DNA of 53,341 nucleotides from Perkinsus olseni (Eukaryota): NCBI GenBank assembly GCA_013115125.1, contig JABANN010000031.1, positions 62,001 to 115,341 of the forward strand, read 5' to 3'. Shown piece by piece: positions 40,168 to 53,046 of this stretch (position 1 is its first letter; each line of letters starts with the position of its first letter). The notes under the pieces were generated by a model. It saw only the letters and a program-made list of their open reading frames with translations, ran no database searches and was not told where the DNA came from. The position numbers and the translations under genes were made by a program.

Positions 40168-40700
40168 CACAAAATTCTTATTAAGTCAGGCAACTGATAG
40201 GAGGCCCCCAGTGAGATCTACGACGACAGGAAAACTCGGCTATGTACGTAGGGGAAGCGGCCTACAGGGTGTCCCCCATAAAGGATGAAATTTGCTGTGG
40301 TTTCGTTTGACCGGCCCATCGAGTTCAGCAATGCCGAAAACCCCTACTTCACCTTTCTCGAACCTCAGATAGCAGCGGATACAAACTTCGCCCATTATAG
40401 CGGGACGCCCTGTAGTTTTTTGACCGCTAGTCGTCGTCACCGGAACGATGTTTGCCAAAAGAAGTTTACTTCGGGCAGGCGCCTGCGTGCGAAGCCACTA
40501 CTGCATTTCTGTCATTCAATGATGACGCCTCGCCACTTCTAACATCCGTGAGCACCACGCTTACGCTGACGGCGCATATTCGGGCTTGGGTCCTTCGAGA
40601 GACCCGACGAAGTTTTTGCGTCGCTCCGCCGATTTCGCGATGCATCTTTCGCCGTTTTCTCGAAGCGGCGCGTGTTCATTTATTTTGCTCGGATCTTTCC

Positions 40701-42803
40701 ATGCTGAGTCGACTAGCATCTCACCGGCTCTGGCTGGGACCAACGACGGCCCTCCATAGGGCTGCTTCGGCCACTGCGGCTCGGCGGCGGTTCGCTACCA
40801 GCATCCCTGAGACCGTTCAAGGCCTGCAGAGTGCCTTGGAGGCCAAGACAGGGGACGTCACAGTACGGCTCCGTGGGATCCTATCTTGGCAGCTGCCACG
40901 TTGCGTCATCTCTACATATCGGCTTGCTCCGGCTTCGTGCATTCTTAACGCTCACAGCCCCTTGCTTGGTAGGTAGTATCATCGAGCCCGAATATGCTGA
41001 AGGTTCGTAACAAGGGCCTTAGCCCCTCTATCGGGCAGCTGGTATCCCTGTCAGAAGGAACTAAGGGTGTTGTGGTAATAATGGCGTCCTGTGCGAGAGG
41101 CTATGTCTTCTGTCTGTCCTCTACTGGCTCTGTCTCAGGTGCACTTCGATTCCTCAGTAGCTACAGTGCTTCTACTCAAGCACGATACGCCAGTCGGCAC
41201 GGGAACGCGTAGGTCACAGTAGGTCCATGGCTACCTGTGATGCCATTCTCATTGCCAGGAGTGCAGTTCGACAACTTGGGGACGTTCCAGGCAGTACGTC
41301 TACCGTTCGTACCAATCATCGACCGCATCCCAGTCTCAAGGAGAATACGTGAGAAGAAGTCTCTCACTGATTATATTATGAGCTTCCCAGGTACCGGGCT
41401 GGGCCTGGTCGATGCCCTATCCCCCATAGCAGAAGGCCAGTCTATAGCAATAAGAGGTCCTTCTACTGCTAACAGCATCTACATGGCCTTGGCGCTGAAC
41501 AAAATAGTGTCTAATGCTATACGGGAAGGTAGTGAGCAGAATCATATATATAGCACGACGCGAATTGGTGAAGTCTGTGGGGCTAAGGACAGGGGATTTT
41601 CTCTAGATATCACGGTAGTGTATTGCAACCCGCTTGGACCAGCTCCAGCGTCCATAGCAGACCTACCTTGTGATGGTTTGGATCTGATATGTGGGGATCA
41701 GTCGAGTCCAGCTGTTGGCTACCTAGCTCTGTTGAAGGCCTTGGAAGTAGCTAAGGAGCGCCGAGAAGGAGGGCGGACGATGCTAATACTCGATAACGTT
41801 GCTGAGTAGGTTAAGTCGGATCAATGGCCGTCTACCGTGCCATATCAGGTACGCCGAATTGAATGGGCAGCTGCGGTCCGAAGCGGGCATACCAATGCCG
41901 CTGTCCACAGAGCAGATAGTATCCGCAGCCATGCAGTAGGGGGTCATCACTTGCGCTACCGTCTGGTCATAGTGCTCCTCAGGTACTCCTGCAACACTAG
42001 GAGTAAGCTATGCCCACTCACTACAGTGGTATTCACGGATAAGTTCTCACGTGACGTAGAAATGCAGGCTGATACTGTACGTTTAACCTGGCCATCATCA
42101 TCGCATCATTCCCGCTGTCTTTGCGCTATTCAGCTCCTGCAGTACGATGTCGCTGCAGCATCCTTCGATGCCACGGGACTGTGTCACAACTCCCTCCTGA
42201 ACTCCCTACTGCCACCTCTAGAAGCCAAGTGCGTGAAGGAGCTCAGGGACATGCATGTAATCGCTTTGCGGTGAAGCCCTCGGGGAAAGGTCGTCCTCAG
42301 TCCAAGATAACTATGAAGAGGTCAGCTATTGCTGAGCAGCAAGCGTTTGGTATCCATGTTGACTACTGGGAAGAGGAAGATATGCAGCATTGGTCCAACG
42401 CACTGGCGATCCTCGACGCGACACCGCTCTCCTTGCCCCCTGCGAAGCGAATACTGGTACGACGCCGTGTGTGGGAGGCTCTTGTGCTTGAGGTTGTTTC
42501 CAGGTCATGCGCAGCGTTCTCGTGTACTACTTTGTCGGCAAGCGGAACTTGGAGGAGGCGAGCATCGCTGCCTTCATCGATGAGCTTAGTGATTGTATCG
42601 CTACCAACGAGCCGCGGATAATGGACGCCATCAACGTCGTTTTGGCCGAACCTGATTGTGAGCTTCGATTGAGTAAGGGGAGTTTGTGAGAGTTTCTTCC
42701 TTCAGGTTCACCGGAGGTCGTTGAGGATCTTTGTTACCGGCTGGACTGGACCCTCGCGAAGTACCGTTATAATTTCGAGTTGGCAACTCCGAAGGAAGTC
42801 TGA
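40701..42803 (+). CDS. Highly diverged F1-ATPase alpha-subunit-like protein with a mitochondrial-type presequence
   Basis: Arg-rich presequence MLSRLASHRL..RRRFATS. IGQLVSLSEGTKGVV, TGLGLVDALSPIAEGQSIAIRG and GRTMLILDNVAE/YA resemble TGxxAVDxxxPIGxGQRxxIxG and GxxxLIIYDD. Stop at 42801-42803. Confidence 0.7.
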
Positions 42804-43258
42804 ACACTTGTGCGTGCTACCATTTCTATGTCAAGTTTCTGTTAGTAGCTGTGTATGTTGCGAAAGGTTAAATAGGGTTTGTGGATGCTGGGGCACTCCC
42901 TAGCTTGCGCTTTTGCTTCTAGCGAAACGCTTCTCCTAGAGATTTTGGAGAAGCTCGGATAGAGGAAGTGAACTCCGCACGGGGGCGGTAGTTGGCGAAC
43001 TGCATCCGAGGAGCTCCAATGATGAGCGGGAGAGTCGTAATCCGCGAGCAATCATACGACCTTCACCTCTATTCCTGTATGTCCCAGCGTCTGCGCTGTT
43101 GGAGTTTCGTGGCGCGCGGTAGGGCTCTCTTTGAAACACTGTCGTTAACGAAGTGCTAGCTGAAAGATTCTCGCTAGTATTTGCGAGATTTACTCCGATT
43201 CTTCTGTCACTTCATCTTTACCAGCCCTCTCAATTCAAGTCCACCCGCCCCCTTCAGC

Positions 43259-46200
43259 ATGTCAATCGGCATCAGCATCGCTACGGGCATCCTCAAGCTT
43301 CTTGACGTCTGCGTATGGCTCGTCACACTCGGGCCAGTGTGGATGTTCAAGCGTCCGAGGAACGTTGCTAAGGCGCTCAATTCGGAGCCAGTAGAAGAAG
43401 TAAGTTGTGGGAGGTTGATAGATGTTGTAATGTTCAAGCGGGTTATGTTGTGTTAGGCTTTTGATGAGTCGTCCGTAGTGGATCCAGAGATTGCTGGTTC
43501 CCTGCAGGTCTCTGGCTCACGAGAGGGTCCTGGTCGAGTTCGTACGGGCTTTAAGAATTGGAAGCCGGTATGCGCGTGGGACCCAGAGGCCAGGACGATC
43601 CTGTGCATCATCCTACACACGGTCGAGAAGTACTCATCTCACCCAGCCCAAGGCTCGAGGTTCTTCGAAGGCTTCAGAGATATTGGAGAGAGGTAGCGGG
43701 TGGTGTATTTCTTGTGTATCTTCGTGGCGATTGGATTGTATTCGATGCTATCAGGTTTCCCATCAAGCAGTTTGGCCCTACCAAGTGGATTACCTACGCG
43801 GAGATGGGTGACAAATTCAAGGCGTTTGGCGCCTTCCTCAGAAGCATTGGGAACACTCCTCAGCCTGATGGAGACATCAGATCCATACAAGGCAAGATCG
43901 AAACTTAGAGAAGCTTAGAGAAGCATCTGTGTGTTTTATTTTCCCTCCAGGTCCTCACTCTCTCGTCATATTCGAGGACACTTGCGCGGAGTGGGCACAG
44001 GCAGCTTTCGGGACTTGGAGTCAAAATATGGTCGTTACCACCGTTTATGGTAGGCAGTCGTGTTCATCGAGCAGGCCTCTCCTATGGTTCTTGATTCAGG
44101 GACTCTCGGACCAGATTCTGTTGCTCAGGCCATTCAGGAAGGGTGCGGCACCACTGTAGGCAACGTTGACCGGCGTTCACGATCTGAGTGGAGATGCCCT
44201 TGGCTCTTAGGTGCTGTGTAACAGGAAGAATGTTGAGAAGCTTATCGCTCATAGCAAGGAGATGCCGACCCTGAAGCATATAATCTACACCAACGAGGCT
44301 GTTCCCGCCGAGGAAGCCAGGTGAGTTTCGTTGGATCTACAGGTTAGGCGTTGCTTAGTGGTTGTATTTCAGTAAACCGCTTTCGGGCTTCAATAACAGT
44401 GGCGTCACGGTGCATTCATTTGAGGAGGCGTTGACAATCGGCAAGGGCCTGGTTGAGCAATATCCCATGGTCAAGCCGAATGAAGACTCGCTAGCTATCA
44501 TCATGTACACTAGTGGTAAGTGGTCCATTGACTGTGCTTTGTTGTAACGAGTGTTTGCTCAGGTACGACCGGGAAGCCGAAGGGAGTGATGATGAGGCAC
44601 AAGACGGTTGTTACTGTGATGGCATCCGTGGCGCCTATTGGGACTCACGTAAGGCGGCGTTGGTGTGATAGCGTTCCATGTTCTGATTGGAATATACTCG
44701 AGGTCGGGTTGAACGTAGCTGCTGTTCTCGTTGGCAGTTTTCTCTTCCCAGGCACTTCCTCCCAACTTCACACACTTGGCATACCTCCCTCTCGCCCACA
44801 TCTTCGAGATGGCAGTACAGATCGGCGCCATGTCCATGGGGGCTGGTATTGGGTAAGTTGTACGCTCACATCGTGACGAGCTCCTATCGAGCTCCTTCGT
44901 TGGTGTGCTTCTTTGTGATGGGCTGAGGGAATTCGTGTAGGTATGCTGATCCGAAGACGCTGACACAGACTGGTGCTCGCCCTATCGGTGCATTGGAGGA
45001 GTTCAGACCTCACCTCTTCATGGGGGTGCCTAAAATTTATGATGTTATTATGAAGGTAAGCAGGTCGGAAGAGGGGTGCGTTGGCATTTCTCTCTCTTCA
45101 GGCCGCTGGGGCTAAACTCAAGAAGGAGTCCCCTGGGAAGCAGCAGTTAGTTGCCAGCGCTTTTGAGTACGGCTCGTCGACTCACCTGTCGTTTTCACCG
45201 GTGCTTTGGTCAGGTGGAAAGCGAGGGCTATGGAGAGCGGACGGTACACGCCTGTTTTTGACATGCTGATTTTTAACAAATTCAAACATATTCTCGGAGG
45301 CAACGTTGTCGTAGCTCTTTCGGGAGGAGGTGAGCGGCGAAGTCCTCTCGTCGCCGTCCTGATTGACATCTTTTCAGGTCCGCTTGCTGCGACCGTTCAG
45401 AGGTGGGTTCGAACTGCCTTCGGTTGTCAAGTTATTCAAGGATACGCCTTGACTGAGACGTGCGCCGGTGCGACGTTACAGATGGAGTACGACTACAGGC
45501 TTGGTGTCGTCGGCCCTCCAGTAAGTTCTCCTGTGGGCCACCCTCTCAGGTCGTGCAAATAGCTTCTCTGCTGTACAGGTGCCTGGTGCGGAGATCAGTC
45601 TTCGGTCGTGCGTGGGGCCTGATGGCGAGCCTGAGGTCCTTGACAAGCGCGGTCGTCCCTATCTGAATACAGATACTGAGGACTCAAAGGGTAACCCCTG
45701 TCTGGGTCGTGGAGAGGTAGTGCTTTCGATCGCCTAGGGTTCCTGTGTCAGTGATACCACAGGTTCTGATTCGAGGGCCAGTGGTCTCCGATGGGTATTA
45801 TAAGCTTCCCGAGAAGACCGCTGAGGCGTTCAGGAAGGACGGTTGGTTCCTCACTGGCGATGTTGGCGTGTGGTATCCTGATGGGTCGCTCGGTATCATG
45901 GATCGTGTGAAGAACCTCGTCAAGCTGCATGGCGGAGAGTATATCGCCATGGAGAATATGGAGCTCATCTACGGCGGCAGCCAATACGTTGATGCGGTCA
46001 ACGGCGGTCTCATGACCTATGGCGACGGGACGCTCGACAGACCAGTGGCGCTCGTTCAAGTCAATGAGCTCAGTCTTACTCAGTGGGCCAAGTCGGATGG
46101 GGTCCAATTTGAGTCCATAAAGGTGAGTTCGTAGGGCCGGGATTTTCCTTAGTCTTCACGGTTTTGCCATTCAGGACCTCGTTAAGAACCCCAAGGCGGA

Positions 46201-46405
46201 GGAGGAAGTTTTGAAGTCCCTTCTTGAGTGTCACAAGAATGGGGGACTCTCAGGAATTGAGAAACTCGCTGGTGTCGGTCTGGTTTGTGAACCTTGGACG
46301 GCCCAGAACAAGTGCTTAACCGCCACCAACAAGATATCCAGGCACGCTGTCATCGCTCGGGATGGGGAGATCCTTGAGAGGGTAAAGGCTAAGGGAAGGT
46401 GGTAG
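43259..46405 (+). CDS. Long-chain acyl-CoA synthetase (AMP-binding family)
   Basis: IMYTSG/TTGKPKGV, YLPLAHIFE, GVPKIYD, QGYALTET, RGE/VLIRGPVVSDGYYK, DGWFLTGDVG and DRVKNLVKLHGGEYIA. Confidence 0.93.
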
Positions 46406-46758
46406 AGGTTGAAAATCCAACTTGTCATAATTTTGTTCGTTATAAGCTAGTATTTCATTGGAAGTGGTTTTGTCTTCGCCGTGACTTGGTCGTGCAAAAG
46501 TAGCTCAGTGCTCAAAGGTATCCTACTTGTGGTCGTTACGTTTTTGCATTCTCGTCGGCCTGAAGGAAGTGAGCGAGGATGATTTTCAAGGATTCATGGA
46601 TGTTAGGATCCGTTAAGTAGACGATATTTTACTTACAGTAGTATTTTTCTTATCATGGAAAGTGTTTTGCGTTTGCAGTGCGTTAATTCGGGCTGTGTCG
46701 GACCGAACGGCTCGGGAACGGTAGCCGGCTCTCGATTCAGTCACTTGTGATGCAGGAG

Positions 46759-48000
46759 CATGGCTTCGTTGTCAATCCGAATGCGGCATTCCTCTCGCAC
46801 ACTAGGTGGTCAGCTGCGATTCTGTTCAACATCAACGAGCAGTATGCTTGATCGCAGCTCAACAATGGCGCCTCGGGAAGTTGCGTAGGCGGGCGTGGGC
46901 CGGCTCGGACTGTGATCAGAGTTCCTCTCGTAAATTCAGATTCCTGTTTGACCAGGTTTCGCGGAATAAGGCAGCGTCCTTGAAGACGTGGAACACGTAG
47001 GTGGACTTTAAGTGGCTTGTGGAGGTTTGGGCACTGCAGGCGAGCGTTTGGGTCGTTCCTAGGTATTGTTCCAACTTCTTGATGCCGGTGATAGATCAGC
47101 TGACCATCGATGAAATGCTCACGGTCATTCGCTCCATGGTCCGTGCGCGGTTTCGAAAGTTCGCCGTGACGAACAAAGTTAACAGGCGTTTAACTTCTGT
47201 ATTCTACGGGGAGACTTCTGCTGACCCAGCCAAAGTGAGCTGTTTCGTGGGACTTGTTGCTCTTCGCGCCCTCAAGGGCGTTACTGGTTTTTCGCATGGC
47301 AGGTGGGGCGGCTTTTGAACGATTTGGCGAAGTTGGACTCTCTGGATGATATGACAACTCGTACTCTGTGCAGGGCTGCAAAATTCGATGGCAGTAGTCT
47401 GTGTTACTCTGCTGAAGATAATTTTACCTTTCCGTTGCAGGTGATTTCGTCTCCTTGTCTATGACGTTAAACGCCCTGGCACGGACCCGATTGGCCGACT
47501 CGGATATAATTAACCCTATTGCTGCCGCAGTGGTTTCACTAGTCCCCGAGCTGGACCTTACCGTCGAGCATAGCCTTACGGTGGGTATACGCCCGGCGAT
47601 AGCGCAACTAATCAAGCACCGCGATCGTGTCGGAGAATTGCAAATGAGGCTCTATCCTTTTTGTCTGACGCAAAGATGGTTCGGTTGAGCGTGCGTCTTT
47701 CAGCGATTGGTGCAAGCTCTGAGCTCGCTCGCCCGCTTGGACGCACTGACCAGCAAACGACGAGAGGTCTTCATTCGGCGCATCTGCGGGCAGCTATCGT
47801 TTATGGAACCCTTCCAGCTCTCAATGTTAATGCATTCCCTGGTCATACCTGATTGGGGAGACGGCCCCATAGAGTGAGTCTTCCGCGCGAGATCCCGTAG
47901 GCCTTCCGAATGCAGCGAGTCCCGCCCAGGCACCAGGACCTGCTACTCAATCTCCTCCGGTATGCGTCGAAGGGGCGTGGAGAATTTACTTTTCCGCAGG
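46759..48000 (+). CDS. Putative helical-repeat (RAP/FASTK-like) organellar RNA-binding protein, possibly decayed
   Basis: Repeats such as IDQLTIDEMLTVIRSMVRARFR and LSMTLNALARTRLADSDIINPIA. A complete gene model could not be assembled. Confidence 0.35.
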
Positions 48001-50011
48001 TGGGAGGGCACAGGATACAGTGGTGTATCCCCATGGGGGCTATTGAGTTCGATGCGACATACAGCTGATGTGCGATTGATTTCTACACTACTCTATTGTA
48101 CTCCTTCCGGAAAGCACGCCACACCGCGGAATTTAAGTTACGGGCTATCATGCGTTACTGCAAATTCTGTCCGTTTTCGGCCGTAACGTAAATTTGACCT
48201 TGTTAGCACTTCAATTCTGGCGATGTGCACTACTCGCAAGGAATTTGATCATCTTATCTCCCTGGCTTCCTGTGGATCCGTTCCTGTGCTGCGCGTATCA
48301 TCTACCAGTTCCTCGTAGAGTCTACTTGGCCGCAGCGCTGTAGGTTGTCGGCGTTCGTAGGAACGGCTCGCGGTGTCTTTTCGAAGCCATATACGCCGAA
48401 GTGCTCCATGCGAAAAGTATTAACATTTCAAGATGGTCTATACATTAAATTTCGTCTCATGGAGAATATCTGTCCGAGATGGAATGCTAGCGCAGTTAAA
48501 AGGATTGTGAACATCAAATGCGTTCGCTTTGAACAGCAGTGTGGTAGTTCATCATCGGTCACCTTAGTTACACGAGATCCTCACTAGTGGCTATGCACTG
48601 CAAGCAAGCGGCGTAGCCCTTCCGAAGGATGTTATTTTGTTCATGGGAGATGCTGAACGCATTGTAGGCGAGATCGGAAATCACTGCTTGGCTGATTTGA
48701 GTTGACAAACTAGAGGCAGCTTCTGTCTTTGCAGGTAGAAGATGAGGGGCGCAAGGCTGTTGCAGCGACGAGTGCTCATCTGGAGGTGAGGGTCCTATCT
48801 TGGTCACATTGTTATCACCCTCATAAGTGATGTCGATGTCGTTGGGATTCTCTGGTTTGACGGGCCAACTGCTTGGGTTGGTAGTCGAGCGTTGTTGTAC
48901 AGGTCTCAAACTCCAAATTCCAAGAGTCTATCAAGGGCGTACTGAAAGCATGTGATCTCGAGTATAATGAAGAAGTTGTTGTGGGAACCTACGTAAGTGC
49001 GTAGGGTGCATACGCTGCGTAGACCAGTGGGTCGGACAGACTCGATGAGATGCAGTATGAATGATTCATTCAATCGAGTTCAAATAAACATCCCCTCATT
49101 CGGAATGATGGGATGCTTATTTGAACTGACCTGTGGATTCTGGCAACTTCACCATCAAGGAAGTTTGTCGAGGGTTCTGGAATAACCATTGAAGTTGGCC
49201 ACGCATCTCATAATCGCCTAGGATTCCACGGCACGTGTGTGACGCGTCCTCTGCAATGACTTGCCAGCCCATAGTCTACTTTGGCTGAGCTACATGTACA
49301 TGTGTACATGTGCCCGCCATTCCGAACTCGAACGATTCTCCCGGTGATCGATTGCGAGCCCGGAAACAGGAAATGCGATACGCTCGCTGAACCTCTCTGC
49401 TGTGCCGCTGAGTGAACTTGGTGAGGAGGCTGCCAACGCACACCTTAGATACTCGACTACGCGGTTGGCAGCCTAGCGTTGGAGGCAGACGGCTTCACTC
49501 ACTTTTACGCGGGCACGGAGAACTTTACCGCGAAGGCCAAGCTGAAGCACCGGATACTGAGGTGTGTATCCTCAACTTCTTGAAGTCGGCGCTCAAAGTT
49601 TTCTGGTGGCGTCGACTTGATTCCCACCTCTTCGCTGAGCTCATCAGATCCCTGGGCTTTACTACCGTGAGCCTTCCTTACTTTGAAATGAAGAACAGAG
49701 GATTACAGCAGAGGTGCGTGCTTCTCCTGGGCTTCACTTCGAACAGCGCGTTTCATTATTCTACTTGCTTCGTGCGTGGTACGATGGAGTACCAGATGCT
49801 CACTCCTGTTCCATGGACAGTCGATTTCGTCAGGACCGAGTACTTTGTAAATGCTATCGAGAAGGAATGTGGTGCCGGTTTATCACAGATCCGCAAGCTC
49901 TCCCGTCTAAGGCCGTATGCCGTTTCATGACGTTGTTGTTTCCTGATTTCTGATTCTTGTGTCAGTACCAAGAATGGACCGTGCAGGCATCTCAGGTTTG
50001 CTAACTTCTGT

Positions 50012-50510
50012 TCTAGCGGGTGCTCTACCAACTAAGCTAAGAAGGCACGCACACCTCTCAGAGAAATGCTGCTGACTATAATTTCGCTGCACCCAACGTA
50101 AATAGTGCACGAAACTCCAGCTAAGTTTTTCCAGCCAAAAATTTTCCGCGCCGATATGTCGGAAAGGATGCTCCATCCTCATGTCCGGCCACTTCGCACT
50201 CATGAACCCTCATGTCCGGTCCTCTTCTACTCATCCCAAGAGGAAATTGAGTATTCCCGTTGCCTGAAAGCCTTCTGCCGGAGTCGAACCGACGACCTCC
50301 CGCTTACTAAGCGGGGGTTCCACCAACTGAGCTTAGAAGGCACCCTCGTTTCACAGATATACTCATGGCTACAATGTTACTGCACTGAACGCAAGTGGTG
50401 CACGAAAATCCAGCGAAGTTTCAAAAAATTTCCGCGCCGATATGCTAGGGAAAATCCTGAATCCGCATGTCCGGCTTCCTTGCACTCACCAATACTCACG
50501 TCAGCCTACT
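50012..50510 (+). repeat. Diverged tandem duplication, period ~293 bp
   Basis: gtgcacgaaa.tccagc.aagttt...tttccgcgccgatatg...catgtccggc...gcactca occurs at ~50105 and ~50398. Confidence 0.8.
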
Positions 50511-51358
50511 GGAAGGAATCCCCGGAAAGAACTCTCAGTGCTCGCGCCATCACTTGGGATAGCGCCCCGCTCTCAATGGGGTGCGTGATGATGAGCACAT
50601 TCGACGCATAGCGGCACCAGCGGCTGCTGACGGCAGTGAGTACCGGGACATGCTGAACAAGTTCAACGAAGGATAGTGCACCCATCGTTCGGCCCTATCA
50701 CGATCGGAAGTCTGCCGATCAGGAAGCGAGCGTATACGGCCTTGCACGGCCTGGTTGAACAGGGGTCGGAAGAAACATCGAGAATCGCCCATGTCACATA
50801 TCCCACACGAGCTACACATCGTTGCACACTCATTGGCTCTGAGGCCGAGCACCCTCATTGACAGGGCCCGGTCGTCTTCTATGCGATCGCATTATATATT
50901 TGAGATGTGTTGATGTACTCAAGAGGTCAAAAAGGGCTGAACACAAGTCCCGCCGACAAGCGCCGTAAAAGCTTTACAGTGTCACTTATTTCACTCGGTG
51001 AAATGCACTGTGCGATTCGGACACTTAAAATAAGCCAAGCAGGCTGCTTCAAGCAACATTCTCCATTCGTCGGAAACTACACTATGCCCCGCCGTCGCTG
51101 AATAAAGCTCACGACCGACGGAGGATCTTTTGTGGCGAGCGCTGCCTCAAAAGAGACAAGAAGCTAGCTCGCTCTTCCGAATGCTACTCAATTTCCGCAG
51201 CGTTTGGGACCAGCACGTGTAGTGCTCAACATATACATGCCTCTGACGCTCGACGGATTGGTACAGGTTAGTTCGTACCAATAATTTCAGTGAGTCATTG
51301 TCGCATATTGACCACCGGTCAGCTGTCCTTACTCGCGAGTTCGGGTCCCTTTCACACG

Positions 51359-52663
51359 ATGCCATCGCAAATTATCCGCATCTTGGCAGAAATTTTGGTA
51401 GCGTATATCTTCTGCGCTAAAGCTGAACCAATTTCTCTCCCAATAGCAGATCTGTATGTACCTTTGACACTGGAGTCCAGTGTCAAAGGTACATACAGAT
51501 CTGCCAGTGACTGGACGGCCAGCCATTAGCTTCCGAGTGGATTCGGGAAGCGCCAGAAGTTTCGCTATCTACGGTCCTTCATACGAGGCATTGATGGGAG
51601 AAGGAAGTTGTGGCAGGACTCGTTCGGGCTGCTACTTTTGCCCCCTGATAACCCTTGCGATGATATTCTCTCTAGGAAGAGATGGAAGACAACTCTCGGA
51701 GACGGTGACGAGTTCGAATATGTTGAGCAGTGCTCAATGAGCGCAATGTGATGCTCATCATTCCTAATAAGACGGTTCATGGTTTCAAGCTTGGATTGGC
51801 CTTCAGTTACGGGATCGTTCGTGGGAAGGAAGGCGACGTGTATGACTTACTAGGCCTCTCCTTCGCTCGAAGTGACACACCAGAAAGTTTCTGGCAGAAA
51901 CTTTCCAGTAAAAAAACAGCTCCTGAAATGGCAGGTTGTATCCAATCTCACGTATTCTATCCGTGCCGACGGGCAAGGACCTTTCATAAGCGGAAATTTG
52001 ACACTCGATTACAACAGTACATTCGGAATCCCACCTTCGCCTTCACGCTGGCATGCGAGGCCATTTAAAGGGCTGATCATTCAGGTGTGGTCACTCACAT
52101 CGCTGAACTCTCACGGGGATCCGTTGACACGGCAACAGGGAAAGGTTGATGTTAAGACGGAACATACAACCTCCATCGCCCTTGTGGATAGTAGAGTCTC
52201 AGCGCTAGATGTCTCCGACGCAGATTTCGAGAGCATGGTAAAGATAACCGTTGAAGCACTGCGTCGCGATTGTCGAAAATCGCACCTTCTGGATACGGGG
52301 CAGATCATATGGAAGGATCCCGACACTGGCATTTACACGATCAAAACACTGGCTGTCCCTTATTTACCAACACTTGTCTATTCCGTCGGAGAACACCCGG
52401 ATCGCACGGAAATCAAAATACAACCGAAACATTATGCTTCTGGATGTGACACGGTGAGCTGCCAGCTGGATATCACCCTTACTCCCCACGGATACATTTG
52501 CCTCGGGCATTCCCTGTTCCGTGCCTACGATGTGAAGTTTGATTTGTCGAACTATCAACTCTACCTCGCTCCTCACGGAGTAAACTCCGCAAGTGCTACC
52601 CGGCCTCGGTTCATCCAGCCAGAGATCAACAAACTCTCTCGGCGGGAGCGACCGCCCGAATGA
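51359..52663 (+). pseudogene. Pepsin-like (A1) aspartic protease pseudogene
   Basis: Signal peptide, VPLTLDGQP..FRVDSGS, GCYFCP, LLGLS, degenerate second site ALVDSRVS and CLGHSLFRAYDVKFDL. At least three frameshifts, including a fold-back scar. Confidence 0.8.
51446..51516. mobile_element. Long-hairpin footprint, 8-mer cactggac, with a perfect 29-bp-arm palindrome
   Basis: 51446-51504 is a perfect 29+1+29 palindrome, followed by ccagt-g-actggac. The paralog at 53231-53260 has a single tactggat. Confidence 0.85.
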
Positions 52664-53046
52664 AAAGAGGGATGTATGCTGCAGTCCTTTGCAACTACAG
52701 AGCCATCGTAGTGATGAGAGTGATGGGATTCGATGCCAAGGCATGACTGTTGATGCTATGAATGATGTGAAGGTTGCACAAGTTCCTGGAGTTCGGTTTG
52801 AGTCTAGCTCGAGGCTCTCCGCTCAAGAGTTCGGAACTCCGATGTTCGCGAAAGACTACAACAGTCTAGCGAAACACTGTAGCCGCTCTTATCGGGGAGC
52901 GGCATAACGCATCTTTTCGCCGTGCCGAGTTGAGCTGTGGGCGCACGCAATTTCACGAGACAGGAGACTGAGCCAGCCCCTCGGGCAGCATACCGTCTCC
53001 GTGACGGCAAGGTCTCATGGTCTGTTGGGATTTTCGCTTTTCAAGC

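Noticed and set aside
49290-49312. tacatgtacatgtgtacatgtg as a zig-zag footprint
   Set aside because: Self-palindromic low-complexity sequence that does not fit the 7+8+7 rule cleanly.
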